Shown here: positions 37,188 through 47,519 of the stretch, piece after piece
Position numbering within the stretch: position 1 is the stretch's first letter
Layout: every line of letters begins with the position of its first letter
Notes under the pieces: model-generated
Seen by the model: only the letters and a program-made list of their open reading frames with translations
Databases searched by the model: none
Told to the model about the DNA's origin: nothing
Made by a program: the position numbers and the translations under genes
From: a virus
Strand: one strand, 5' to 3'
Virus record (IMG/VR): IMGVR_UViG_3300032401_001514
Location: 32,001-96,000 of that record
Length of the DNA stretch: 64,000 nucleotides

Positions 37188-38368
37188 GGTTTATAACTCA
37201 ATAGTATATCGATTAATTCTTCAACTAAAAAGTCTGGCATCAAGTTACTTGATAGTCCAATAAACAAACCGTGAAAATGACATTGCTCAGCTCCTGGAAA
37301 ATTTAACGGATTTAAACTTGGATAAAGATCCTTAATAACTGGCTGTCTTATAATATTACCAGTAATAATTGGTCTATTTTCAACTCCGTTATTTGTTAGA
37401 TAAGATAAATAATTTGGTAAAGATACGCTTTTATCTAAAAACAAAACAATGCCAAACCATATAGCATCGGTGTCCTCGCTTGATTCAGCAAAAGAAAGAA
37501 AAGTATTTCTTGGGTCAGTCTCTATTCTATATTTAATATAATTGTAATTTATCTTTCTATTATTGTTTTTTTCTTGAAGTTTGTTTAGCTGACTAATGCC
37601 CATTGAGGCTTGTATTTCCATCGGTCTTACATTATATCCTAAATTAACAAATGTAAATCTAGGATCTAAATCAGGGTATTGTTTTTGTATCTCTTCTTTA
37701 TTTGTTAGGTTTCTTGACCACCCATGAGCACGAAGGCACTTCATTAACTCATAACTCTCATCATTATTACATACCACCATGCCTCCCTCCATAGTAGTTA
37801 AATGATGAGAATAATAAAATGAATACGTTCCAATATCTCCAAATGTTCCGAGATATTTAGTTTTGTACTTTGAGCCTAGAGATTCACAAGTATCTTCTAT
37901 TAAAAGTAAATTATAGCGATTAACAATATTCATTAACTTTTCCATGTTAGTAGAGTTTCCTAGAACATGAACAAGCATAATAGCTTTTGTTTTATTCGTA
38001 ATTTTATTTTCAAGATCTTCTAAATTTATATTCAATGTTTTTGAATCTACATCTACAAATATAGGTGTGAGATTTGATTGAATAATTGGGAATACACTAG
38101 TAGACCAGCATAAAGCCGGAACCAAAACTTCATCGCCAGGCATTAATCTATTAGCACATTTGTAATTAGAAAGAGTAGATAGTGCTATTAAATTAGCTGA
38201 TGATCCAGAATTTACCATCAGCGCATGTTTTGCTCCAATATATTCTGCAAATATTTTTTCGAATTCATTTACTTGCTCACCCATAGTAAAATTTTCAGTA
38301 AGCAAAGTCTTAACCATCTCTATAATATCATTAGAGTCATGAACATTTTGGCCTAATGGAAATTTCAT
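37184..38368 (-). CDS. colD: GDP-4-keto-6-deoxymannose 3-dehydratase (ColD), PLP-dependent
   Basis: FTMGE, EDTCESLG, SFYYSHHLTTMEGG (His in place of the Schiff-base Lys), LRAHGWSR, GYNVRP; no RfbH-type Fe-S Cys motif. Confidence 0.85.
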   Translation of the reverse strand: MKFPLGQNVHDSNDIIEMVKTLLTENFTMGEQVNEFEKIFAEYIGAKHALMVNSGSSANLIALSTLSNYKCANRLMPGDEVLVPALCWSTSVFPIIQSNLTPIFVDVDSKTLNINLEDLENKITNKTKAIMLVHVLGNSTNMEKLMNIVNRYNLLLIEDTCESLGSKYKTKYLGTFGDIGTYSFYYSHHLTTMEGGMVVCNNDESYELMKCLRAHGWSRNLTNKEEIQKQYPDLDPRFTFVNLGYNVRPMEIQASMGISQLNKLQEKNNNRKINYNYIKYRIETDPRNTFLSFAESSEDTDAIWFGIVLFLDKSVSLPNYLSYLTNNGVENRPIITGNIIRQPVIKDLYPSLNPLNFPGAEQCHFHGLFIGLSSNLMPDFLVEELIDILLSYKP

Positions 38369-39432
38369 AATTGGCTCTCAATGCTAGTAAGAATCTGTTT
38401 CCAACTTATATAAATTGATTCTTTTCTTAACACATTATAGTTGGCCATATTATTGCTAATTTCTTTTAAATTTACTGTGTTTAATAGGTGTTGCAAATGA
38501 GACTGGGAATCAAAATATTGAACATGTTTCATGTTTTCTGTATCATAAAAATCACAAGTATCTATCCACATATCTAAAATTTTTGGATTACGTAGACTGT
38601 TCGGATTATCTAAATCATCAGGCTCTTTAACTTTTTCAATTTTATAAAAAGTCAAGTCAGAAAACATTTTATTTTGACAGATAAGTTCTTTGGCATATTG
38701 TTTTGAAGGCATAAACAGCGGAACATTTGCTGTATATTGTTCGAATATAGACATACTGCCATTATGATAAGGCAGATGAATTATACCTTTGTAACTATAA
38801 AGATCTTTCCAATCGTATCTCCAAGAAGCATTTCTAACTGTGCCCAGCCCAACACATAAATTACCGGGCACTGTTATATCTGAGCGATCATGTATAACAT
38901 ATTTATTTTTTGTTCCTGTGTATTTGGCATTTGTGTACTCGCATAAATTTGGAATATGCATTCCTAAAATGCCATTCAAATAATGCGAATAATACTGATC
39001 TCCTTTGTTATTACAAACATAATATAGTTTACCTTCATTATGCTTTAGTTTTAAAAAATCATTTAATCTGTCTCTAATTGCTGGAGTAAAAGTATTTGGA
39101 TGGTCATATCTTACACAATTAACTATTATGATTGGCTTATTCCACCTTTCATAAAGCATAGCAAATTCTACTGGATAACACGCAATAAACCCGTCATATT
39201 TGCTAAGCTCGTCTTTATTCTGTTCATAAAACATATCACAGACTTCTTGGGTACAAACCCCTGAACAAGTTAACTGTGTGCCATTGCTAAGCATAATTTG
39301 GGACTTTGGTTTGTTCATAACCCAATGATGGCCAGATAAAGACCAATCATCAACTTCATGTCCTAAATTTTTGAAAATGTGAGCTATGTCAGAGATGACC
39401 GATACATGCTGATCTATATTGAAAAACTTCAT
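38365..39432 (-). CDS. Putative GT-B glycosyltransferase
   Basis: FFNIDQHVSVI start, KGIIHLPY..MSIFEQYTANVPLF donor-site-like motif; island context. Confidence 0.5.
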   Translation of the reverse strand: MKFFNIDQHVSVISDIAHIFKNLGHEVDDWSLSGHHWVMNKPKSQIMLSNGTQLTCSGVCTQEVCDMFYEQNKDELSKYDGFIACYPVEFAMLYERWNKPIIIVNCVRYDHPNTFTPAIRDRLNDFLKLKHNEGKLYYVCNNKGDQYYSHYLNGILGMHIPNLCEYTNAKYTGTKNKYVIHDRSDITVPGNLCVGLGTVRNASWRYDWKDLYSYKGIIHLPYHNGSMSIFEQYTANVPLFMPSKQYAKELICQNKMFSDLTFYKIEKVKEPDDLDNPNSLRNPKILDMWIDTCDFYDTENMKHVQYFDSQSHLQHLLNTVNLKEISNNMANYNVLRKESIYISWKQILTSIESQL

Positions 39433-40088
39433 AACGCTTCTTTTAATGTAATATGTAGTACGCTTTCTTTATCAGTAAAATCATGCCACGTTATTTTTTC
39501 TACCTTTGGGTTTGATAGAATAAATTTTTCTATTTTATCAATAGCATATACATTATGATATAAATCTTCTTCTTCCCAATAGTTAATCTGATCTTCGCCA
39601 GCAGCCGTCCATGGCTTTTGTTTTAATGATTCTGGTAGTTCGTCATCATATAATGGAATAGAGCCAGGCTTTAAAAACCAAACTATAATTACTTCTTTTT
39701 TGCCGATTCTAATAAATTCATTTATTGCATTTTCATAATATGACAAATGCTCAACAACTTCCCTACAAAATACACACTCATATGCATTGTCCCCAATTGG
39801 CAAAGTGCAATCTAAATCAGCTTCAACCATATGAATGCCCTGTGAGGCATTAAAATCTATAAAGTATTTACAGCTGTCAGCCCCAGTATACTTTATATCA
39901 TAATTGTCATTATACTTATATCCATAATATTCTGTTGCGAAACCGCATCCGCAATCTAAAATGCTTTTATAGTTCTTTTTTATAACATGGTTTCTGCAAT
40001 AAACTTTATTTGGGTTATTAAAATCTTTAACCCACCCAAAAAAAGTTTCAAGATTATTTTTTACATTTTTATTCCACCAAGTTGTCAT
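39429..40088 (-). CDS. Class I SAM-dependent methyltransferase
   Basis: SILDCGCG, FCREVVEHL. Confidence 0.8.
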   Translation of the reverse strand: MTTWWNKNVKNNLETFFGWVKDFNNPNKVYCRNHVIKKNYKSILDCGCGFATEYYGYKYNDNYDIKYTGADSCKYFIDFNASQGIHMVEADLDCTLPIGDNAYECVFCREVVEHLSYYENAINEFIRIGKKEVIIVWFLKPGSIPLYDDELPESLKQKPWTAAGEDQINYWEEEDLYHNVYAIDKIEKFILSNPKVEKITWHDFTDKESVLHITLKEAL

Positions 40089-40816
40089 ATTTTATTCCAC
40101 GTAATAGGAGTTAAATTTTTTGTATTATGTTGTAATTTTGGCCCAAACCAATTTTTTGGCGCAATTATTTTTTTATTAGTGTTTTTGTTTAAATACGCCG
40201 CCCACCACGAATAACTACTATTAGCTATAATATTATTTTCGCACGACGACATTAAAGACATATCAATATGCGGCTCATTGCCTTCTATAAAAACAAATTT
40301 ATCGCCCTTGAATTTTTCTTTGCACCAATTTATATCATCAGAAAACACAAAATAACAATCAGATTTGATAATATTCATTGCTTCTTCATAATAACTTGTA
40401 TTTGCTAAATCTGTATAATAAGAATTGCCAAGTTTAGTATAATCACCTCTTCTTATATGCATAGAGGTAACGCCTGTATTTTCAGGAAAACATTGTTTAT
40501 ATTCAAACAATGTTTTTATTTCTTTTTCATATTCTTTAAAATATAATTCTGATTGATAATACCCAGATAAATTCAAATTTGGTTGATATGGAATTGTAGC
40601 ATAATGAAAAAATGGCTCGACATATGTTTTAGAATATTGTATGGTTTCTTTTGTGAATTTGTCATCGGGGATATTAAAATGCTCTCTGTCTTTCCAATTA
40701 TCAGGAAAAATATAATCATCATTATTTTTTAAAGCCGTAGCAATTGTCGCTGCCGCCTGAAAAAGACAATTTCCAGTCCTGCCACAATTTCCAAAATCTA
40801 AATATGTAACAACCAT
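40085..40816 (-). CDS. Alpha-1,2-fucosyltransferase family (GT11)
   Basis: GRTGNCLFQ, GYYQSELYF, HIRRGDY, FSDDINWC, IIANSSYSWWAAYL. Confidence 0.92.
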   Translation of the reverse strand: MVVTYLDFGNCGRTGNCLFQAAATIATALKNNDDYIFPDNWKDREHFNIPDDKFTKETIQYSKTYVEPFFHYATIPYQPNLNLSGYYQSELYFKEYEKEIKTLFEYKQCFPENTGVTSMHIRRGDYTKLGNSYYTDLANTSYYEEAMNIIKSDCYFVFSDDINWCKEKFKGDKFVFIEGNEPHIDMSLMSSCENNIIANSSYSWWAAYLNKNTNKKIIAPKNWFGPKLQHNTKNLTPITWNKI

Positions 40817-43602
40817 TATGTTCTTATTTTTTCATGATGTTTTTCTAATAACAATATTATTGGATCGAAATTATCGCTTTTCCATAAATGTTTGAATTTT
40901 TCAATGTTTTGCGGGTAATGATAGCTTGGGCTTAATGATAAAGGAGCGTGATCTAAGAAATATCTATTTATAGCCGTTTCGTCATGCCATAATGGAATTA
41001 TACCGTTTTTAACATCTTGTTCTATTTTAGATGCGCACCACTCGGAAAGCTCTAAATATTTATCCTTTCTGCCACCGCTAAACCCGCCTCCATAATAATA
41101 AGTATATTTATCAGACGGTGTATATAAACAAGAGCTTGTATTTGTTTCAAATGTGCCGCCGCCATGATAATAACCACAATGTCTTACACCAACTAAATCA
41201 CCAAGAGTCTCACCAGAAACTCTATTTATAAACAGGCAGTCAGCATCAATATAGTACAAATAATCCATGTCATTAAATATTTCTTTATTTTCGCTGAAAT
41301 ATTTAAACCTATTCATACTAGCAAAAGGAAATGGAACATGCTCTATATGAACTTGTTTAACACTTCTTGTTGTTAATATATCTTGAGTTTCGTCAGAAAA
41401 TACAAAATATGACACCTCTGAGTCGGCATTATTGAAAAAATATCTATCGGCTGACGAAATCAACGGGGCAATAAAAGATTGATATTTTGATGTGCCTATA
41501 ATTATCAATCCAATTTTATGTTTAATTTCTTGTTTTTTATTTTCAACTGAGGTTTTGTTATATTTAGTTTTTCTTCTTATTAAACCATCCAAGCTAGCTT
41601 GTAACTGTTTATTAACTTTATGATCGTTTATTGGATTTTGAAGATTATAAGTATATAAAGCTTCGCTTATAAATTTCGAATGAATTCCAGACATTTCTAA
41701 CATTGGATACATAATGGCCAGATCCCATGTCATAGCGAAAAACTTTCCATCATTATTAATTAAGTCATTTTTATTTATCTTTTTAAATAACCAGGCATAG
41801 AAAGTTCTCAAATGTGAAGAACACCATGTAAAAGATCTATATGTATTTGATTGTGTAATTTTATCAGGAATTTGTTGTGATACGCCGAGCGCTCCATCTG
41901 GATAATTTTGATATTGCCCATAAGTTAACCATATGTCTTTGTTTTTATAAACATTATTTAAATAATTCAAGACATTTTCGTTTGATAACCAATCATCTCC
42001 ATCCAATGTTAAAATTATTTCATCATCAGCGCAACTATGTATTGCATTATACAAATTTTCTAAAGCGCCAAGACGATTTATATTTTTAACAATAATTGTT
42101 TTTATATTGCCTTTATATTTGTCTATAATTTCACGGGCTTTAATAAACGTTTTATCAGATGAACAATCGTCAATATATATAATTCTATAGTTTACGTAAT
42201 TTTGTTGTATTGCAGAACGTAAATTATTTTCCACCCATTGCTCATTATTATAACTAGGAATAACAATAACAAACTTTTTATCTTTACCAACAGATAAATT
42301 AATATTATCACTTAACGGCACGTTACTTAATGTATTTAATATAATCGGATTCTGTATTATATTATCTGTATTATAATTAAAATTAACTGGTTGATAAAAA
42401 AGTGCTGCATTTATTTTTGCTGTCGGTACTGCTGCTACCGCCGTTGCTGATGCGTTTTTTATACCATTTATTAATTTAATACGCTCAACAAATAATTCGC
42501 CAACTGAATTTGACCCTCTACTTATTTTTATTTTATAACTAGCTGCTGGACTTCCTGATTTAAGTTTAAAAAATAATTCAGATTTTTTTTGATGTGCTAA
42601 CAATGTTATAACACTTTTTATATTATTATCATCATCAATAATACTAACTTCTAATTTCCCATTCCCGTTTATTTTATTAGCAGTGATAACAACTACATAT
42701 TCAAAATCAGGCTGTATAGTTGTAATTGGTATGCAAAAAGAAGAGCCTCTTGGCATAATGATACCATTTGCCACATTAGATAATGATCCAACAACAGACC
42801 CGAAGGCGTTTATGTTTAAACCGCTTTGTGATGAATCGTACATAATAGATGATACAAATATATTGTTTGTTATTACTTGTGAAAATGTCTTATTTTTAAT
42901 TAATTCATTTGGCGACTTGTTAGAATTAATATCATAATTTGTTGTAATCGTTGGCGGAGACTCCATATTACGATACATTGGCTCAGAATGTATTTTATCT
43001 AAACTCGACAATTTAATATCAAGTATTTCACATGGTATCATAAATTTTATAAATCCGTCTTTATTAACAATTACATTAGGAGGCTGGGTAATTATAGATT
43101 CAATATTAGATGATTTTAAACTGCCTCCCTCTGATGCGAATAATTTGTTTTTTACTATCCTTACATTTTTACAAGGCTCACATTGTGCTATAATATTTCG
43201 CCAACTCATTGATTTAACCACTTCTTCATCTTGCATTATTTCTATATCCTCATTAGTTTCAATAATTATTCCAGATATTAATATCTTTCCAAATGTTCCA
43301 GGCTGTCGCATAATTTTAATTTTATCATATGATGTTGGAACTTGTATTGTTTCTTCATGCATTGAAGAAAACTTTGTATTAATATGAGATGATTCAGTTG
43401 CTATTATTATAGTGCCATTGCCAGATAAACGCCGTCCTTTAAAAGTAATACATTTTGCTATATTATTAAAATCCGAAAAATCAAAACTAACACTACCTGA
43501 TGGTTCTATTTCAATGGATCCATCAGATATATATCTACAAGAGCGTATAGAAGATACGTATTGTTTTAAATCATTGGCTGCTATTTCATATTTTTTATTC
43601 AT
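40816..43602 (-). CDS. Multidomain glycosyltransferase: N-terminal beta-sandwich pair + GT2 + C-terminal GT6 (ABO-type)
   Basis: GT2: VIPSYNN, IDDCSSD, LDGDDWL. GT6 (40816-41520): KIGLIIIGTSKY, YIDAD, YYGGGFSGG, WHDETAINRYF. Confidence 0.9.
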   Translation of the reverse strand: MNKKYEIAANDLKQYVSSIRSCRYISDGSIEIEPSGSVSFDFSDFNNIAKCITFKGRRLSGNGTIIIATESSHINTKFSSMHEETIQVPTSYDKIKIMRQPGTFGKILISGIIIETNEDIEIMQDEEVVKSMSWRNIIAQCEPCKNVRIVKNKLFASEGGSLKSSNIESIITQPPNVIVNKDGFIKFMIPCEILDIKLSSLDKIHSEPMYRNMESPPTITTNYDINSNKSPNELIKNKTFSQVITNNIFVSSIMYDSSQSGLNINAFGSVVGSLSNVANGIIMPRGSSFCIPITTIQPDFEYVVVITANKINGNGKLEVSIIDDDNNIKSVITLLAHQKKSELFFKLKSGSPAASYKIKISRGSNSVGELFVERIKLINGIKNASATAVAAVPTAKINAALFYQPVNFNYNTDNIIQNPIILNTLSNVPLSDNINLSVGKDKKFVIVIPSYNNEQWVENNLRSAIQQNYVNYRIIYIDDCSSDKTFIKAREIIDKYKGNIKTIIVKNINRLGALENLYNAIHSCADDEIILTLDGDDWLSNENVLNYLNNVYKNKDIWLTYGQYQNYPDGALGVSQQIPDKITQSNTYRSFTWCSSHLRTFYAWLFKKINKNDLINNDGKFFAMTWDLAIMYPMLEMSGIHSKFISEALYTYNLQNPINDHKVNKQLQASLDGLIRRKTKYNKTSVENKKQEIKHKIGLIIIGTSKYQSFIAPLISSADRYFFNNADSEVSYFVFSDETQDILTTRSVKQVHIEHVPFPFASMNRFKYFSENKEIFNDMDYLYYIDADCLFINRVSGETLGDLVGVRHCGYYHGGGTFETNTSSCLYTPSDKYTYYYGGGFSGGRKDKYLELSEWCASKIEQDVKNGIIPLWHDETAINRYFLDHAPLSLSPSYHYPQNIEKFKHLWKSDNFDPIILLLEKHHEKIRT

Positions 43603-44348
43603 TCATCTTTGTATGGAATATATATTGATTTCTGTTTAGTCATGTAAAGCCTTGAATTTTCATAAAATTTTGGCAAATTTTCCTTATGATGCTTATTTTT
43701 AAACTCTCTGTACTCCCCTATATCATTTTCGCCTTCGCCAATATGCTTTCCCATCTCTTTTATGTATCCTAGTTGATGCCCTAATACCCTGGCGCGCATG
43801 CCAAAATCTGCGTCCTCATGTGCGTAGGTTTTATATTCAGTATTAAAGAACCCCAGCATCTTATGTAAACTCTTTGGGAAAACCATGCAGGCTGTCCCTA
43901 GATTGCCCTGTGGCTTTCTTTGGAATTCCTTGCCGCCCTCGGACACCAACCCATACGCAGAGCCCTCCATATTGACTCCTATCATCGCGTATTTGGGATT
44001 TGCTTTAAGAATAGCTATACATTCGTCAAGCCATCCATCCGGCACCAGAATATCATTATCAATCGTTGCGTACCAAGAAGTATCTAAATTATCAGCCAAT
44101 AATAATGCCTGGTTCCTACCAATAGCTATTCCTTTATTTTCATTATTATATTGGCATACAATTTTGCCACCATCATATTTATTAACTAATTCGGATAAAT
44201 ATTGTTTGGTATCATCGGTAGAACCATTATCAACAATAGCCAGGTTATAAGGTTGTTTTGTATTTATTAATATGTTATTTATTGTTTGTTTGGTAAGCTC
44301 TAATCTGTTATATGTTACCATCATTAATGTAGCAATATCTTCTTTCAT
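43599..44348 (-). CDS. Glycosyltransferase family 2
   Basis: VTYNR, IVDNGSTD, TIDND, HEDADF. Confidence 0.88.
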   Translation of the reverse strand: MKEDIATLMMVTYNRLELTKQTINNILINTKQPYNLAIVDNGSTDDTKQYLSELVNKYDGGKIVCQYNNENKGIAIGRNQALLLADNLDTSWYATIDNDILVPDGWLDECIAILKANPKYAMIGVNMEGSAYGLVSEGGKEFQRKPQGNLGTACMVFPKSLHKMLGFFNTEYKTYAHEDADFGMRARVLGHQLGYIKEMGKHIGEGENDIGEYREFKNKHHKENLPKFYENSRLYMTKQKSIYIPYKDE

Positions 44349-45319
44349 TTAATCTCCGAAAAAACAGATAATGGAGTTAACATACCTGGCTTAGCAATAA
44401 ACATTGGCGGACCATTATCGTCTTTAAAAACAAACTTCTTATTTTTGGTTAAACTAAATTCACCCTCTTGTTTCAAAGCTATTATTTTTGCCTTAGATAT
44501 CAGGAGTGACATCAGCAATATATCAATCTCGTTTGCCATTATTGCTTTTGCGAATGGTAATACGTACAAAATATAATCAAGCCTCATTGGTAATAGATGC
44601 AGCTTCATTCCATAATATTGAGATTCATTTTGCGTGCATATCACAAGCTCAATTCCAGATTGGTGCAACATCGCGGCTAATGATTTGACTTGCTGTGATG
44701 TCCATTCTAGACAATTGTTTTTGTGATTTGACCATCCAGTATGGCTTGGTACAATAAAAACAAATGGCTTATTTAAAAAAAACTTATCACGTTTGGCCCA
44801 GTTTTCAAATTCAGATATTGTTATTTTATTCCTCATTTTTGGAACGTAATTTGTGTTCCATTCAACTAATGAGTTCTCGAAAATTTGTTTAATAACAGCT
44901 CGTTGATCATGATATCCAAATTTGTTATAACAAGTAAACACAGATATATAATTATTAAGATAATTAAAAAATACAAATTTGTTTTTATCCATAAATAACG
45001 GAGTTGTATATTCTTTTAAAGTTTGTTCATTAATATTTGCATTTAATATATTTGCTAAACCATTTGAGCGAACTATATAATTAAAACGATTATCACCTAT
45101 CCAATGAAGTTTTTTATTTGGACTTAGATTGTTTATTGTTTCCAAAATCGTTAAAGACATAAATGATTCGAATAAGCCTCCGAACCCAGCTACTACAACT
45201 TCTTTGTTATCTAAAGCTTTGTTCCATGATACACCGTCTATTTTTGGAATTATATATCTGCCATTTTTAACGTGCCATGGAACAGATGGAGCAAATGGAA
45301 AATACTTAATCGATGACAT
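44345..45319 (-). CDS. GT9-like glycosyltransferase
   Basis: GFGGLFES N-terminal loop and two-domain pattern; weak. Confidence 0.45.
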   Translation of the reverse strand: MSSIKYFPFAPSVPWHVKNGRYIIPKIDGVSWNKALDNKEVVVAGFGGLFESFMSLTILETINNLSPNKKLHWIGDNRFNYIVRSNGLANILNANINEQTLKEYTTPLFMDKNKFVFFNYLNNYISVFTCYNKFGYHDQRAVIKQIFENSLVEWNTNYVPKMRNKITISEFENWAKRDKFFLNKPFVFIVPSHTGWSNHKNNCLEWTSQQVKSLAAMLHQSGIELVICTQNESQYYGMKLHLLPMRLDYILYVLPFAKAIMANEIDILLMSLLISKAKIIALKQEGEFSLTKNKKFVFKDDNGPPMFIAKPGMLTPLSVFSEIK

Positions 45320-46133
45320 TGTATTTTGGATTTTTAATATATGAATCGTGATCTATTTGATATAGAGGGCTTCCGTTTTTCCACCAACGCTTTTTAAAAC
45401 AACCAACGTTATGACTCATAAACATTTTATTAACAGGATTTAGTTTTAATGTAGCGCTTTCTTCATGAGTTATTTTTGTTTCGCCAGCGTAAACAATTTT
45501 CTCATCCTTACCTATACGTAAACACAGATCGATATCTTCAAAAGCCCAGTTTAAATCTTCGCACATGCCGCCAGCTCGTTTAAAACTAGAAACCTTCATT
45601 AAACATACAGCGGCAGTTACGGCCTGAAAATATCTGTCTGCATAAGAAGCTGCATCCGCTTCTTCATGACGCCTATAGTGCCATGGCATTTTACCATACT
45701 GATTGCTAAAAATTACTCCGGCATGTTGTAATTTATTATCATTATCCATAAGTTTAGCACCAACAACAGCTGCATTAGTTTTCTTCATTAAATTCCACAT
45801 TTTTAATAAAGATACTTCTTCGTTAAATATCACATCATTATTCAAAAGTAAAATTAAATCATCATCATTTGGATCAGCTTGTTTAAATAAATAATTAACA
45901 CATGTGGCAAAATTATCTCTATTATGACCTGCTTCATACAGATTTAATTCGGATTGTTCCCACAAAGGTGTTGATAATATTGCTTTAGTATTATCTTTTG
46001 ACCCATTATCTCTTACGTGCCATATAAAATCCATATCATTTTTAAGTTGGATAAAATTTTGTTTCAATCCATATTGTAACTTTTGTAATTTTTGCTCACC
46101 ATTCCAAGTTAATGTTAATGCATGTAATTTCAT
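45306..46133 (-). CDS. Glycosyltransferase family 2
   Basis: RDNGSKD, LLNND, AVTAA, FEDIDLCLR. Confidence 0.88.
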   Translation of the reverse strand: MKLHALTLTWNGEQKLQKLQYGLKQNFIQLKNDMDFIWHVRDNGSKDNTKAILSTPLWEQSELNLYEAGHNRDNFATCVNYLFKQADPNDDDLILLLNNDVIFNEEVSLLKMWNLMKKTNAAVVGAKLMDNDNKLQHAGVIFSNQYGKMPWHYRRHEEADAASYADRYFQAVTAAVCLMKVSSFKRAGGMCEDLNWAFEDIDLCLRIGKDEKIVYAGETKITHEESATLKLNPVNKMFMSHNVGCFKKRWWKNGSPLYQIDHDSYIKNPKYNVID

Positions 46134-46327
46134 AATAGTTCCAGTAAATTTCTAACAACAAGGAATATAGCTATTGCACACCCAATTATTCCAGAACCAA
46201 ACATAATATGCAGTCCGTCATAAGTGCTAATGCTTGGACCTAATGATATCAAAAATCCTATTAATATCCCGTATAACGGATATAGAAAATAGGAAACAGA
46301 TTTTAAGAAGATGTCTTTGAAAGCCAT
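46130..46327 (-). CDS. Small two-TM membrane protein
   Basis: Two hydrophobic stretches; ATGA overlap with the downstream GT2. Confidence 0.5.
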   Translation of the reverse strand: MAFKDIFLKSVSYFLYPLYGILIGFLISLGPSISTYDGLHIMFGSGIIGCAIAIFLVVRNLLELL

Positions 46328-47037
46328 TTGTTTACAAAAATAGTTCGTGCATTTAAATATAGCTCGGATATATTTAATTTTTTACTGGTCATCTTGCCAA
46401 AATGAATTACCGGAACTGGAACAATTTGCGTTGGTATACCGGCGTCCCTGGCCCTGAATCCCAAATCCGTATCTTCAAAATAACAAAAAAATTCTTCGCT
46501 AAATATTTCATTATCAGAAATGTCTAGTTTCTTCCAAGTCTCTTTAGAAGCAGTAATACACCAACCAGACATATAAGAATTGCCATCTAAATTTGTATTT
46601 GCTTCTTTAACAAAATTTAAATTATTATCTAACTGTCCCATGGTCGGCCCAACAATAGCGCCGTAACCATTAATAATATCATTTTTAGCTGCTGCAATTA
46701 ATGGCTGTGTCCATGTTTTATAGTTGTCCTGCACTCTGACATCATTGTTTAAAAACATTGCATACTGGCCTTTTGATGCCTTAAAACCCTTATTGCAAGC
46801 TTTACCGAATCCTTCGTTGATTTCGTTTCTAATATAACGAAATCCACCAGGCAATATTGGTCCGCCAGAACCATCAAAAAACATTGTGGTTAACATCATT
46901 TCAGTATCATCAGTGCTGCCATTATCAACAATAATCACTTCGTGATCATCAGGTAATTCTGACAAATCTTTTAATGTAGCTTTGGTGAGGTTCCAGTTGT
47001 TAAAAACCGGTATTATAATACTTAATTTAATGGTCAT
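46303..47037 (-). CDS. Glycosyltransferase family 2
   Basis: SIIIPVFN, IVDNGSTD, FLNND, YFEDTDL. Confidence 0.9.
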   Translation of the reverse strand: MTIKLSIIIPVFNNWNLTKATLKDLSELPDDHEVIIVDNGSTDDTEMMLTTMFFDGSGGPILPGGFRYIRNEINEGFGKACNKGFKASKGQYAMFLNNDVRVQDNYKTWTQPLIAAAKNDIINGYGAIVGPTMGQLDNNLNFVKEANTNLDGNSYMSGWCITASKETWKKLDISDNEIFSEEFFCYFEDTDLGFRARDAGIPTQIVPVPVIHFGKMTSKKLNISELYLNARTIFVNKWLSKTSS

Positions 47038-47519
47038 TTTTGCTCTTTATTTTTAATAATCCATTCTTTCCAGCATTTATCGTTAGCATCTTTACAGAAG
47101 CCACTGATGTCATCCGCTATGTGTTTCTTACAATTCTTACATTTTGCAAACGAGGCGATCTCATTTAACTTTTCCATAATGAGTTTATCTTCTTCTTCAA
47201 GAATTGAAGCAGCCCCTGAGCTAGCTGCCGTTTCTTCATACATGGCATGCCGCTTAGACATTTTAATTCGTCTTGCGGCTCTTAACAACAATAAGCAACA
47301 AATTAAATCAAGCTCTTCCTCATGAGTTGGATAACCAGATGCTATTTTTGTAATGTTTAGATCAGCAAACATTGCAATTCTTTCCTCAATAGAAAGATAA
47401 GAATATGTATTACATTCGTCTAATTCATCAATTTTCTTTTGTATATATTTATTTAATCTATCACATTCGCTAGCAGCCTCAGCAAGAATGCCAATCTGTA
47501 CATTTATATCTTCTTTCAT
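47034..47519 (-). CDS. Hypothetical protein with C-terminal Cys cluster
   Basis: CKNC...C...C near the C-terminus; ATGA overlaps on both sides. Confidence 0.65.
   Translation of the reverse strand: MKEDINVQIGILAEAASECDRLNKYIQKKIDELDECNTYSYLSIEERIAMFADLNITKIASGYPTHEEELDLICCLLLLRAARRIKMSKRHAMYEETAASSGAASILEEEDKLIMEKLNEIASFAKCKNCKKHIADDISGFCKDANDKCWKEWIIKNKEQK

Noticed and set aside
37184-38368. Generic DegT/PerA aminotransferase or RfbH (E1) assignment
   Set aside because: The Schiff-base Lys is replaced by His, which excludes a standard aminotransferase, and the RfbH Fe-S cysteine motif is absent; the motifs fit ColD
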